The notes under the pieces are model-generated. The model was not told where the DNA came from and did no database searches. It saw only the letters and a program-made list of their open reading frames with translations. This document shows positions 47,030 through 57,130 of a DNA stretch of 64,000 bases, one piece after another. A program made the translations under genes and the position numbers. Source of the stretch: a virus (taxonomy: Duplodnaviria > Caudoviricetes); the IMG/VR virus record IMGVR_UViG_3300028603_000002, positions 107,909 to 171,908 of that record, one strand, 5' to 3'. Numbering within the stretch: the stretch's first letter is position 1; each line of letters opens with the position of its first letter.

Positions 47030-48553
47030 ATGCCATTTGTATTTAACAACACACCAGGACAATATAATCCTGCTAATACATTAGCAACAGTGGATGCTAG
47101 TATTATATCAAAATTACAGGATGCTGGATATCAATTAACACCAGTGGGTGCCGGGGTTGATAATTTAAGAAACACACAAGGTGCTAGAAAAGAATTATTA
47201 CCTGGAGCATCTGTTCCTGGTTATCAAGATTCTTCTGGTAATTTTTATGTTGTGGATGAAAGAAATACAATACACGATGTAAGAACATTGCCGGTACCAC
47301 CAACAATGGGAATACCAGATGGCCCAACAAGACCACCTATATCAAACCCATTGCCGCCTTCTCCTGGCCCAATAAGCCCAACACCACCACAAGGCCCACC
47401 TCCTGGAGGAACTATTGGTAGTGGTAAGATATACTCGAGATTTGAGTCGGGAGACATTATTCCTAATCAACAAGAGACGGTAACAAGGGCATTATGGTCA
47501 AATAATGTAGGAAATCTATTAACATTCTATACATCATCAGCACAAACAGCAACACAGAAGAGATATTATTATGAAATCTTTAATAGTGCATCTACAGCTT
47601 GCGGAGCGGAAGCACAATTTTCAGTTGCGTATGGTCACAGATTAGGTTCTGGTTCAGCAGATGAAGGTGGGCAGGTTAATGACACTCCATCCAGAGCAAT
47701 ATATGGGCAGTATCGTGGATTGTGTTTAGATGGAGATACAAAGAAATTTGTTATTGATGGTTCTTCTACTGATCACATTTATGTAATTAATGTGAATAGA
47801 GCAAGAATGCGTGAATATTTAGATGAAGGTAATATTGAAGTTAATATTGCTCATTTATCTGGTTCACAGTATGTTGCTGGTGGTAATGCAAACGATACAC
47901 ATACTGGATCTGCAGTAAAATTAGCTGGTAATAGTAGAGTGATACGATTAATTGATGATAGTAAAATTAACTCAGCTACTGTAGGTACATCTGGTGAAGT
48001 ATATAACATGGTATCTGGAAGTATTGAAGATGGTGTATATAATTCATCTAATCCACATATCTATGGATTAATGTATAGAAGATTAGGTATTATTGTTTTC
48101 GATGCAAATAAATTAAACTTAAGTGCTAGTTTTGCGACAGTAACAGGATCAGAAGTGGCAGGGGATAATGCATTTAAGTTATATACAGCAATGTCGGGCG
48201 CAGCATTATTTACAGATGCTAGCGGAGACAGATTAGGATTCCAAGGAAGAAGCGCAGAGAAAGTTAAATCAACTTATTACTTTTGTAGAATTAAGAATAG
48301 TGAATATAACTTCTCAAATAATCCAACATTTATTACTGGTAGTGAAGGTGATTTGGCACAACCAACATTTATCAACGATCCTAAAGTTTATATAACAACA
48401 GTAGGATTATATACACCAAGAAAAGAATTAGTTGCAATAGCAAAAATAAGTAAGGCATTGAAGAAGAGCTTTACAAAGGAAGCACTTGTGCAAGTAAAAT
48501 TGGATTTTGTTTGGGTTATTGGAATGATGAGTTTCTTGGGAATGGCATTATAA
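47030..48553 (+). CDS. virion structural protein, paralog A
   Basis: Pro-rich linker; YFCRIKNSEYNFSNNPTF...VYITTVGLY...ELVAIAKISK. Confidence 0.75.
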   Translation: MPFVFNNTPGQYNPANTLATVDASIISKLQDAGYQLTPVGAGVDNLRNTQGARKELLPGASVPGYQDSSGNFYVVDERNTIHDVRTLPVPPTMGIPDGPTRPPISNPLPPSPGPISPTPPQGPPPGGTIGSGKIYSRFESGDIIPNQQETVTRALWSNNVGNLLTFYTSSAQTATQKRYYYEIFNSASTACGAEAQFSVAYGHRLGSGSADEGGQVNDTPSRAIYGQYRGLCLDGDTKKFVIDGSSTDHIYVINVNRARMREYLDEGNIEVNIAHLSGSQYVAGGNANDTHTGSAVKLAGNSRVIRLIDDSKINSATVGTSGEVYNMVSGSIEDGVYNSSNPHIYGLMYRRLGIIVFDANKLNLSASFATVTGSEVAGDNAFKLYTAMSGAALFTDASGDRLGFQGRSAEKVKSTYYFCRIKNSEYNFSNNPTFITGSEGDLAQPTFINDPKVYITTVGLYTPRKELVAIAKISKALKKSFTKEALVQVKLDFVWVIGMMSFLGMAL

Positions 48554-48581
48554 ACATTTTAAAAACGTGAGACGTATATAA

Positions 48582-50717
48582 GTGGCATTCACAAATAAAA
48601 GATTTCCGACTCAATGGGAGAGAATAGGTGCTAGAAATAGGTACTTAAATGACCCGACATTAGAGCCTGTAGGTGGGGAGTACCCAACAACTACTACACC
48701 CAATACTCCTGGATTAGGTACCGACGGTCCAAGAGGTCCTGAAGGATCATTACCTGAAGGTCCAAGAACTCCGGTTGGTCCTGGAAATCCTGGTGGAACA
48801 ATACCATCAGGACCTTTAACACCCGAAGGTTGCGGTCCATGTGAGAAACAAGTCGTTGTAGAAAGATATGGAAAATATTTTTATGAATGTCAGCCAGTTA
48901 CTTGCCCTCCTGGAACATATTTAGATCCTTATACTTGTGATTGTTTAGGTGCTCCTTGTTTACCAATGGATTGTGGACCTGGTACATTCTGGGATCAAAA
49001 CCAATGTAGATGTATATCAGCACCTTGTTTGCCAGTAGATTGTGGACCTGGCTTTACGTGGGTTCAAAGTCGCTGTGAATGTATAAGTGATAAACCGGAA
49101 TGTCCTAAATTAAGTGATTTTGGTAGAGTACTAGCACCAGCTGGAGAGAAATATAGAGATTCTATTAACAAAATGTTAGGGCAGGGAACTGGTACTAGAT
49201 TTGCTCAATTAAATGAAGCATTTAAATCTGAGTTCATATCAAGAATGAGTTCAGCGGATCCTAATTCAGATTATAGATTCGAATGTACTAACTATACTAT
49301 ATATGAATTCTTATGTAGCGATATTAATGTTAGATACACAAGAGTACCGGGTAGTAATCATGTAGTTGCTAAATTTGCGATTACTTCATTAGCCGATGTG
49401 TATTATGTTACTGATGGTGGTAGATTGTGTAAGTTAGTTCCTGCACCTAAAGGGTCAACACCCAAAGTTCCTAAGGGTGAAACACCTAAAGAAAAGGAAT
49501 ATGAGAAACCACATGGTGATCCTACATTACCACCGTATAATAATCCGGGCACAGATGATCTCCCACCACCAACTGGAGGACCTTTATATCCACCAGGAAG
49601 ACCAGTACCTCCAGGAGGTCCATTAGGAAGTGGTAAGATATTCACACGAATACCTCTTGATGATATGATCAAGAATAGACAAGAATGTATAACCAGAGGG
49701 CTGTGGTCAGGAAATGTAGGAAACTTATTAACATTTCATACTTGTAGTACACAACATACAGCAAGTGGCAGATCACATTATGTTATTTATAGTAAGAAAT
49801 GTGATGCATGTGCTGCATACCCAGAATTTGATATTGCTTATGGTCATGATGAAGGAAGTGGAAGTGTAGATCTTGGTGGATTTGATGATGAAACACCTTC
49901 AAATGCTATATATGGTCAATATCGTGGTTTATGTTTAGAAGCAAATGAGAAGAGATTCACAATAGGTGATAAAAAAGCACATCATATTTATGTAATTAAT
50001 GTGCGAAAAGATAGAATGAAGGATAAATTAGATGAGGGTAATATTGAAATTAACCTTGCTCATTTATCAGGATCAGAATTTATTGCAGGTGGCGGACCGG
50101 CATCAGCTCATACAGGAAGTAATGTAAAATTATCAGGAACTGGAAGAGTACTTCGATTAATAGATGATAGTAAGATTAATCCGGCAACTATTACAAGTGC
50201 TGGTAGTATTTATAATGTTGTATCTGGAAGTATTGAAGATGGTGTATATAATTCATCTAATCCACATATCTATGGACAACTATATACTCAATTAGGAGTT
50301 ATTGTTTTAGATGCAGACAGGTTAGATTTATCAGCATCATTTGCTACAGTAGAAACTGTGGAAACTAATGGTGATAATGCAATGAAATTATTTACTGCTA
50401 TGTCAGGTGCTGCATTATTAACTGATGCAAGTGGTGATAAATTAGGATTCCAGGCAAGACATAAAGATATACAGTATAATTCTTATTACTTTGTTCGAGT
50501 AAAAAATTCAGATTATAATTTTACAAATAATCCAACATATACAACAGGAAGTGAAGGGATGATTAGTGCTAAACTTGTTGGACATGAGAAAGTATATATT
50601 ACACAGATTGGTTTATACAATGATAGAAAAGAATTATTAGCAGTAGGTAAAATAAGTAAACCGAAATTGAAATCATGTACTAGCGAAGCATTGTTTTGCG
50701 TAAATCTAAGATATTAA
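48582..50717 (+). CDS. virion structural protein, paralog B with Cys-rich insert
   Basis: C-terminal ~370 aa highly similar to 47030-48553; CPPGTYLDPYTCDC-type repeats. Confidence 0.75.
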   Translation: MAFTNKRFPTQWERIGARNRYLNDPTLEPVGGEYPTTTTPNTPGLGTDGPRGPEGSLPEGPRTPVGPGNPGGTIPSGPLTPEGCGPCEKQVVVERYGKYFYECQPVTCPPGTYLDPYTCDCLGAPCLPMDCGPGTFWDQNQCRCISAPCLPVDCGPGFTWVQSRCECISDKPECPKLSDFGRVLAPAGEKYRDSINKMLGQGTGTRFAQLNEAFKSEFISRMSSADPNSDYRFECTNYTIYEFLCSDINVRYTRVPGSNHVVAKFAITSLADVYYVTDGGRLCKLVPAPKGSTPKVPKGETPKEKEYEKPHGDPTLPPYNNPGTDDLPPPTGGPLYPPGRPVPPGGPLGSGKIFTRIPLDDMIKNRQECITRGLWSGNVGNLLTFHTCSTQHTASGRSHYVIYSKKCDACAAYPEFDIAYGHDEGSGSVDLGGFDDETPSNAIYGQYRGLCLEANEKRFTIGDKKAHHIYVINVRKDRMKDKLDEGNIEINLAHLSGSEFIAGGGPASAHTGSNVKLSGTGRVLRLIDDSKINPATITSAGSIYNVVSGSIEDGVYNSSNPHIYGQLYTQLGVIVLDADRLDLSASFATVETVETNGDNAMKLFTAMSGAALLTDASGDKLGFQARHKDIQYNSYYFVRVKNSDYNFTNNPTYTTGSEGMISAKLVGHEKVYITQIGLYNDRKELLAVGKISKPKLKSCTSEALFCVNLRY

Positions 50718-50720
50718 TGA

Positions 50721-52391
50721 ATGGCTGTACCAACTACATTTGCACCAGTAAAACCTGGAGATTTTACATTACGTCCTGTAATTGTACACAAAAGATTTGT
50801 GTTTGGTAATTCATTTGTTAGTACTACTGGATCTGGTTATAATCTTCAAGATGCAGTATATTCAAGAATAAAAACTCCATTTGGATCAAATAAAGCCTTA
50901 AACGATCCAATTAATAGCATAGACAATAGTTACCAACATATTATATGGAATAGTATAAATCATTTATATTATGAGCATCCTTATGACCCTGGTAAAACGT
51001 TTGAACACACAAACAGAAGATTCACGTATAAACATTTAGGATTATCTGCTAGCATATTAAGTGTTCCATATTTTGACTACGGTGAGAAAATTAAACCAGG
51101 ATCAGTAGAAATAACATCAAGTGGTTATTTCATTAATGATGATGGAAATGGAAACTTATACGATTCTACAATCACAACTTCATCATATGCACATAGATGG
51201 GCAGTAGTTGGTTATTGGGGATTTAATGAAGTATTCAGAAAGTTTAAGAGAAGTACTGGATTAATAAGAAAAGGTGTTATAAACTTTAATTCTCATATCT
51301 TTGAACCTAATATTGAATGTGGTGTTAAGAATGTATGGTTTAAACCTGGAGTACCAATTAATAATACTGGTTCTGGTATTCATGCTCAGTTTGATGGACA
51401 GTCTTATATAATGACACATAATAGAGATGAATTTAACTTTACAACTGAAGAAGATTATACTATTTCATTCTGGCTTAAGTGCCCTGTATCGCAAAGTAAT
51501 ACAGGTAGTACGACTAATGGTATCATAACCAAGAAAGGATCGTTGTACGGTAAGGTATTAGGTACAGGAAGGAAGTTAAATCATAATGGAGACTTCATAG
51601 TTACTAAATTTGTATCATCATCATTGCATAATAGTGCTACTGACATATATCCATATGATTTTGAAATAGCAAACCAATTACATCCCACTCCAGGAAAACT
51701 ATTTTTTAAGAGATCTGATGGTACTAATTCTATTACATTACAAAGTTCAAGTAGTTTAAATGATAATACTTACCATCATATATGTGTAACAAAATCAGGA
51801 TCATTAACTACATTATACGTTGATAAGGTAGCAGAATCTTCTGGTAGTGATGTAACGAATGATCCTGTAAATAAAAATGTAATATTATTTGGAAGCGATA
51901 ATTTAGATTTTAAGAAAGGATTTTCTGGAAGTTTAGACGAGATTAGATTTTATGATTATGCAGTTAACCAAAATACTGTTAATACATTAGGTGATAATAC
52001 CGGAATGAGCTTATATCAGACTGCTGTTATTGGTAATTGTTTTTATAGAATGGGACATGCAGTAGTATCTCCTTTAGATCCAAAATACAATAAGATATTT
52101 AAAAATACATTTACCTTTAGATATAGAGGAACACATACAATCTATCAGTATGAAGCATTATGCAGAGTAAAGAAGGGAAGTTTCAATTTAACAATGAATC
52201 CGAGCGCAAGAAGATCATTTAAATCAGACTTATTGAATAATGATATGACTGGATCTTTATTGGCACCATATGCAACTACAATTGGGTTGTATAATGCAGA
52301 TGGAGATTTAGTAGCAATTGGTAAATTAGGACAACCAATTCAAATGAGAGATGATGTGGACATTAATTTTTTAGTTCAGTGGGATGCATAG
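50721..52391 (+). CDS. virion structural protein with LamG/ConA-like domain
   Basis: YTISFWLK...YHHICVTK...LYVD...FSGSLDEIRFYDYA; C-terminal PYATTIGLYN...VAIGKL. Confidence 0.8.
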   Translation: MAVPTTFAPVKPGDFTLRPVIVHKRFVFGNSFVSTTGSGYNLQDAVYSRIKTPFGSNKALNDPINSIDNSYQHIIWNSINHLYYEHPYDPGKTFEHTNRRFTYKHLGLSASILSVPYFDYGEKIKPGSVEITSSGYFINDDGNGNLYDSTITTSSYAHRWAVVGYWGFNEVFRKFKRSTGLIRKGVINFNSHIFEPNIECGVKNVWFKPGVPINNTGSGIHAQFDGQSYIMTHNRDEFNFTTEEDYTISFWLKCPVSQSNTGSTTNGIITKKGSLYGKVLGTGRKLNHNGDFIVTKFVSSSLHNSATDIYPYDFEIANQLHPTPGKLFFKRSDGTNSITLQSSSSLNDNTYHHICVTKSGSLTTLYVDKVAESSGSDVTNDPVNKNVILFGSDNLDFKKGFSGSLDEIRFYDYAVNQNTVNTLGDNTGMSLYQTAVIGNCFYRMGHAVVSPLDPKYNKIFKNTFTFRYRGTHTIYQYEALCRVKKGSFNLTMNPSARRSFKSDLLNNDMTGSLLAPYATTIGLYNADGDLVAIGKLGQPIQMRDDVDINFLVQWDA

Positions 52392-53987
52392 ATGGAAAAC
52401 ACATTAAAAGATATAATTCTACAAGAAGCATTCTTAATGGAAGCGCTCCCATTAAGTACTGCGAAGCAGTACGTATCTATAGAAAGAAATCCAAAGATTC
52501 AACAAAGATTAGATGATATATTTGAAAAATTATCAAAGATTCCGAATGCTAAAGCATCGAGAAACCAAAACAGAATCTACATTCCATTAAAGAAAAAAGA
52601 AAATGGAGAAAAAAGTGATATTGAAAATGAAATATCACAAATTCTACAACAGAATAACTATGAATTATCAGACTATAAGAAAGGTTTAGTTAAAGACAAG
52701 TATGGAAGAGAGACTAAGATTGGTAAAGTATTAACCAAACTCAATAAACAAGACTTATTAAACAAATTCAATACTGACAAGAAAAGAGAATCTTCAAAAA
52801 ATGTAGATTCATATCTAGTTTTCTCAAAACATCCGTATGATGTAGCAGGAAGTGCTACAGATAGAGGATGGTCTAGTTGCATGAATATTTTTAGTGGAAG
52901 TAACAAAAAATACATTCATTATGATATAAAAGAAGGAACAATAGTCTGTTATTTAATCTCTAGCAATGATTTAAATATAAACAAACCAATAGCAAGACTT
53001 TTAATTAAACCATTTATTAATGTAAGAGATAAGGATGATGTTCTATATGTTCCCGAAGATAAAATCTATGGAACTGCTCCTAATACATTTAAGGATCAAA
53101 TAGTAAAAATATTCGAAAAATTTCAAAATGAAAAATTAGGATCATTTAAATTAGTAGATACGTTATATTGTGATAGCAAAAGTGAAGTAACAATATTAGA
53201 TCCTAAAATTCGACAATATTTCGATGGAAAAAAGAACCCGGGAACCAAAGAGGAAGTACAGAAAATAATTAATATTTTAGGTATCGAAAATTACAAAATA
53301 AATGAAGACCTAAGTGTTGATGTAAATGAAGATGTTAATATTAGCGAAAAGAAGCTAAAAACAATTCCCATAAAATTTGGTAAAGTAGGTGGAAATTTTG
53401 ATTGTCGCTACAACAATCTAACATCCTTACAAGGAGCACCAGAAAGTGTAGGTGGAAATTTTTATTGTTACAACAACAATCTAACATCCCTACAAGGAGC
53501 ACCAGAAAGTGTAGGTGGAAATTTTGATTGTTACAACAACAATCTAACATCCCTACAAGGAGCACCAGAAAGTGTAGGTGGATATTTTGGTTGTTCCAAC
53601 AATAATCTAACATCATTACAAGGAGCACCAGAAAGTGTAGGTGGAAATTTTGCTTGTTACAACAACAATCTAACATCCCTACAAGGAGCACCAGAAAGTG
53701 TAGGTAGAAATTTTAGTTGTCGCTACAATAATCTAACATCCCTACAAGGAGCACCAAAGGAAGTAGGTAGAAGTTTTGCTTGTTCATACAACAATCTAAC
53801 ATCCCTACAAGGAGCACCAGAAAGTGTAGGTAGACATTTTGATTGTCGCTACAACAATCTAACATCCCTACAAGGAGCACCAGAAAGTGTAGGTGGAAAT
53901 TTTTATTGTTACAACAACAAAAAGAAATTCACAGAAGAAGAAGTAAGAAATGTAAGTAAGGTGAAAGGATCCATTTTTTATGATTAA
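52392..53987 (+). CDS. leucine-rich-repeat protein, copy 1
   Basis: N-domain plus 8.5 copies of the 21-aa VGGNFxCxNNNLTSLQGAPES. Confidence 0.85.
   Translation: MENTLKDIILQEAFLMEALPLSTAKQYVSIERNPKIQQRLDDIFEKLSKIPNAKASRNQNRIYIPLKKKENGEKSDIENEISQILQQNNYELSDYKKGLVKDKYGRETKIGKVLTKLNKQDLLNKFNTDKKRESSKNVDSYLVFSKHPYDVAGSATDRGWSSCMNIFSGSNKKYIHYDIKEGTIVCYLISSNDLNINKPIARLLIKPFINVRDKDDVLYVPEDKIYGTAPNTFKDQIVKIFEKFQNEKLGSFKLVDTLYCDSKSEVTILDPKIRQYFDGKKNPGTKEEVQKIINILGIENYKINEDLSVDVNEDVNISEKKLKTIPIKFGKVGGNFDCRYNNLTSLQGAPESVGGNFYCYNNNLTSLQGAPESVGGNFDCYNNNLTSLQGAPESVGGYFGCSNNNLTSLQGAPESVGGNFACYNNNLTSLQGAPESVGRNFSCRYNNLTSLQGAPKEVGRSFACSYNNLTSLQGAPESVGRHFDCRYNNLTSLQGAPESVGGNFYCYNNKKKFTEEEVRNVSKVKGSIFYD
53385..53918 (+). 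repeat. 63-bp tandem repeat (8 full + 1 partial)
   Basis: gta ggt gga aat ttt NNt tgt NNc NNc aac aat cta aca tcc cta caa gga gca cca gaa agt. Confidence 0.95.
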
Positions 53988-54024
53988 ATATATATCATAC
54001 CAATATTTATAAATAAAGAAAATT

Positions 54025-54498
54025 GTGGCAATAAAATACTACCCAGAAGATAGTGGTGAAGGATATGGTACATTAGGAATTAAATTTCCAATGAATGCTA
54101 ATAAAGCAGTTAGTAATTCAGGTGGATTTAACATGTCCAGAACTACTGAAGAACAGGCAGTGAGTAATTATATTAATTTACTTCTTACATTTCCTGGTGA
54201 AAGATATATGCAACCAGATTATGGTATAGGAATACAAAGAAGATTATTTGAACAAAATACAGAATTATTTAGAGCTACAATAAGAGAAGATATTCTATTT
54301 GCTTGTAATATATGGTTACCGTATATAATCAATGATGAAATTAGAATTAATGCGGACGAACAAATACCAGGATTAGCAGGTAATGTAGAACATGGAGTAA
54401 GAGTAGAGATAATGTTTAGAGTTACAGAAAGTGGTGCAAATAGACGAATTACTTTATTCACTGCAGATGGGATTGTTAAAGGATTGGAAGTAGAATGA
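54025..54498 (+). CDS. baseplate wedge gp25/GPW-like protein
   Basis: NYINLLLTFPGERYMQPDYGIGI...LFE...WLPYI. Confidence 0.85.
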   Translation: MAIKYYPEDSGEGYGTLGIKFPMNANKAVSNSGGFNMSRTTEEQAVSNYINLLLTFPGERYMQPDYGIGIQRRLFEQNTELFRATIREDILFACNIWLPYIINDEIRINADEQIPGLAGNVEHGVRVEIMFRVTESGANRRITLFTADGIVKGLEVE

Positions 54499-56156
54499 AC
54501 TTATCAAATTACATACAAAAAATAATCTTAGAAGAAGCATTCTTAATGGAGGCACTTCCATTAAGTACTGCGAAGCAGTACGTATCTATAGAAAGAAATC
54601 CAAAGATTCAACAAAGATTAGATGATATATTTGAAAAATTATCAAAGATTCCGAATGCTAAAGCATCGAGAAACCAAAACAGAATCTACATTCCATTAAA
54701 GAAAAAAGAAAATGGAGAAAAAAGTGATATTGAAAATGAAATATCTCAAGTTCTAAGTCAAAATAACTATGAATTATCAGACTATAAGAAAGGTTTAGTT
54801 AAAGACAAGTACGGAAGGGAGACTAAGATTGGAAAGGTTCTAACAAAACTCAATAAACAAGACTTACTAAACAAATTCAATACTGACAAGAAAAGAGAAT
54901 CAAGCAAGAATGTAGATTCATATTTAGTATTCTCAAAACATCCGTATGATGTAGCAGGAAGTTCTACAGATAGAGGATGGTCTAGTTGCATGAATATTTT
55001 TAGTGGAAGTAACAAAAAATACATTCAGCATGATATTAAAGAAGGAACAATAGTCTGTTACCTAATCTCTAGCAATGATTTAAATATAAACAAACCAATA
55101 GCAAGACTTTTAATTAAACCATTTATTAATGTAATAGATAAGGATGATGTTTTATATGTTCCCGAAAATAAAATTTATGGGACAGCACCAAAAACATTCA
55201 AAAATCAAATAGTAAAAATATTTGAGAAATTTCAAAATGAAAAGGTTGGAAAGTTCAGGTTAATAGATACGTTATATTGTGATAGCAAAAGTGAAGTAAC
55301 AATATTAGATCCTAAAATTCGACAATATTTCGATGGAAAAAAGAAACCGGGAACCAAAGAGGAAGTAGAAAAAGTATTAAATATTCTTGGTATCAAAAAT
55401 TACAAAATAAATGAAGACTTAAGCGTTGATGTAAATGGAGATGCTGATATTAATGAAAAGAAGCTAAAAACAATTCCCATAAAATTTGGCAAAATAGATG
55501 GAAATTTTAGTTGTCACAACAACAATCTAACATCCCTACAAGGAGCACCAGCAAGTGTAGGTGGAGGTTTTGATTGTCGCTACAACAATCTAACATCCCT
55601 ACAAGGAGCACCAGCGAGCGTAGGTGGAGGTTTTGATTGTCGCTACAACAATCTAACATCCCTACAAGGAGCACCAGCGAGTGTAGGTGGAGGTTTTTAT
55701 TGTTCCAGCAACAATCTAACATCCCTACAAGGAGCACCAGCGAGTGTAGGTGGAGGTTTTTATTGTTCCAGCAACAATCTAACATCCCTACAAGGAGCAC
55801 CAGAAAGTGTAGGTGAAGATTTTAATTGTTACAACAACAAACTAACATCCCTACAAGGAGCACCAGAAAGTGTAGGTGGATATTTTGCTTGTTACAACAA
55901 CAATCTAACATCCCTACAAGGAGCACCAGAAAGTGTAGGTGGAAATTTTGCTTGTTACAACAACAATCTAACATCCCTACAAGGAGCACCAGAAAGTGTA
56001 GGTGGAAATTTTAGTTGTTTCAACAACAATCTAACATCCCTACAAGGAGCACCAAAGGAAGTAGGTAGAAGTTTTGCTTGTTCATACAACAAAAAACAAT
56101 TCACAGAAGAAGAAGTAAGAGCAGTTTGCAAAGTAGGTGGAACCGTAACAGTTTAA
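54495..56156 (+). CDS. leucine-rich-repeat protein, copy 2
   Basis: Near-identical N-domain to 52392; 9.5 copies of the 21-aa repeat. Confidence 0.85.
   Translation: MNLSNYIQKIILEEAFLMEALPLSTAKQYVSIERNPKIQQRLDDIFEKLSKIPNAKASRNQNRIYIPLKKKENGEKSDIENEISQVLSQNNYELSDYKKGLVKDKYGRETKIGKVLTKLNKQDLLNKFNTDKKRESSKNVDSYLVFSKHPYDVAGSSTDRGWSSCMNIFSGSNKKYIQHDIKEGTIVCYLISSNDLNINKPIARLLIKPFINVIDKDDVLYVPENKIYGTAPKTFKNQIVKIFEKFQNEKVGKFRLIDTLYCDSKSEVTILDPKIRQYFDGKKKPGTKEEVEKVLNILGIKNYKINEDLSVDVNGDADINEKKLKTIPIKFGKIDGNFSCHNNNLTSLQGAPASVGGGFDCRYNNLTSLQGAPASVGGGFDCRYNNLTSLQGAPASVGGGFYCSSNNLTSLQGAPASVGGGFYCSSNNLTSLQGAPESVGEDFNCYNNKLTSLQGAPESVGGYFACYNNNLTSLQGAPESVGGNFACYNNNLTSLQGAPESVGGNFSCFNNNLTSLQGAPKEVGRSFACSYNKKQFTEEEVRAVCKVGGTVTV
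55494..56090 (+). repeat. 63-bp tandem repeat (9 full + 1 partial)
   Basis: Same unit as 53385-53918. Confidence 0.95.
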
Positions 56157-56164
56157 AAATTTAA

Positions 56165-56196
56165 TTTGGTTATAACCTAAAAAGATATTATCTTTA
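56165..56196 (+). promoter_or_regulatory. early-type promoter ahead of primase
   Basis: TTTGGTTATAACCTAAAAAGATATTATCTTTA. Confidence 0.65.
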
Positions 56197-56200
56197 TTCC

Positions 56201-57130
56201 GTGTTATACGAACTTAAGAAATATCTTGGTATCATCCTCGGTGATTATTATGAAAGAAAGGCAGATGAAATGGTTTTCTATTGTCCGTTTCATAAACACC
56301 ATCATAAGAAATTAGAAGTTAATGTAAGAACAGGATTATGGCATTGTTGGATATGTCATCGAAAAGGTCGTAGTATTATCCAATTATTACGAAAATTAAA
56401 AGTTGATAATAAAACTCTACAAGAAGTAAAGAAATTAACGAAGACAAATGAATATGTCGATGCTACTAAACAAAAATCAAAACAAGTAATATCCCTCCCC
56501 AAAAATTTTAATAGTTTAACGAAAGAATCAGATGGTATATACTACATGAGAAGTATGCGCTATCTTGAGAGTAGGGGTATTAGTTATTCTGATATTATAA
56601 AATATAATTTAGGATATTGTTATCAGGGCGAATATGCGGAAATGATAGTAATACCAAATTATGATAAACGAGGGCTATTAAACTATTATTCAGCCAGAGC
56701 ATTTGTTCAAAATAAATACGAAAAACATAAAAATCCAATAGTAGATAAAAATATTGTTGGATTTGAATATTTTTTAAATTGGGAAGAACCACTGTTTATA
56801 GTTGAAGGAGCAATGGATGCAATAACATTGAAACATAATGCATCACCATCATACGGATCATCATTAAGTAAAAATTTATTAATTGAAATTTATAATGAAT
56901 TGGTAAATGACATTTATATTTGCCTAGACCCAGATGCAATGAGACATATACTAAAATACGCAGAATATTTTTTAAGCAATGGATTTGGTACTTATTTAGT
57001 AGAAATACCTAAAGGAGAAGATATTAATTCTTTAGGATATGAAGAAACAATGAAATTAGTAAGAGGTACCGAATTATTAGATGATAGTATGTTATTTGAA
57101 TACAAATTAAAATATGAATTAAATGATTGA
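56201..57130 (+). CDS. DNA primase (Zn finger + TOPRIM)
   Basis: CPFH...WHCWIC; YLESRGI; IVEGAMDAI; CLDPDA; EDIN. Confidence 0.9.
   Translation: MLYELKKYLGIILGDYYERKADEMVFYCPFHKHHHKKLEVNVRTGLWHCWICHRKGRSIIQLLRKLKVDNKTLQEVKKLTKTNEYVDATKQKSKQVISLPKNFNSLTKESDGIYYMRSMRYLESRGISYSDIIKYNLGYCYQGEYAEMIVIPNYDKRGLLNYYSARAFVQNKYEKHKNPIVDKNIVGFEYFLNWEEPLFIVEGAMDAITLKHNASPSYGSSLSKNLLIEIYNELVNDIYICLDPDAMRHILKYAEYFLSNGFGTYLVEIPKGEDINSLGYEETMKLVRGTELLDDSMLFEYKLKYELND

Noticed and set aside
53385-53918. CRISPR array in the 63-bp repeats
   Set aside because: The repeats are in-frame coding LRR units with only a few variable codons, not unique spacers.
53385-56090. Classical diversity-generating retroelement
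   Set aside because: No reverse transcriptase or non-coding template repeat lies in the window, and silent adenines in the framework are almost invariant. It is kept only as a testable alternative.
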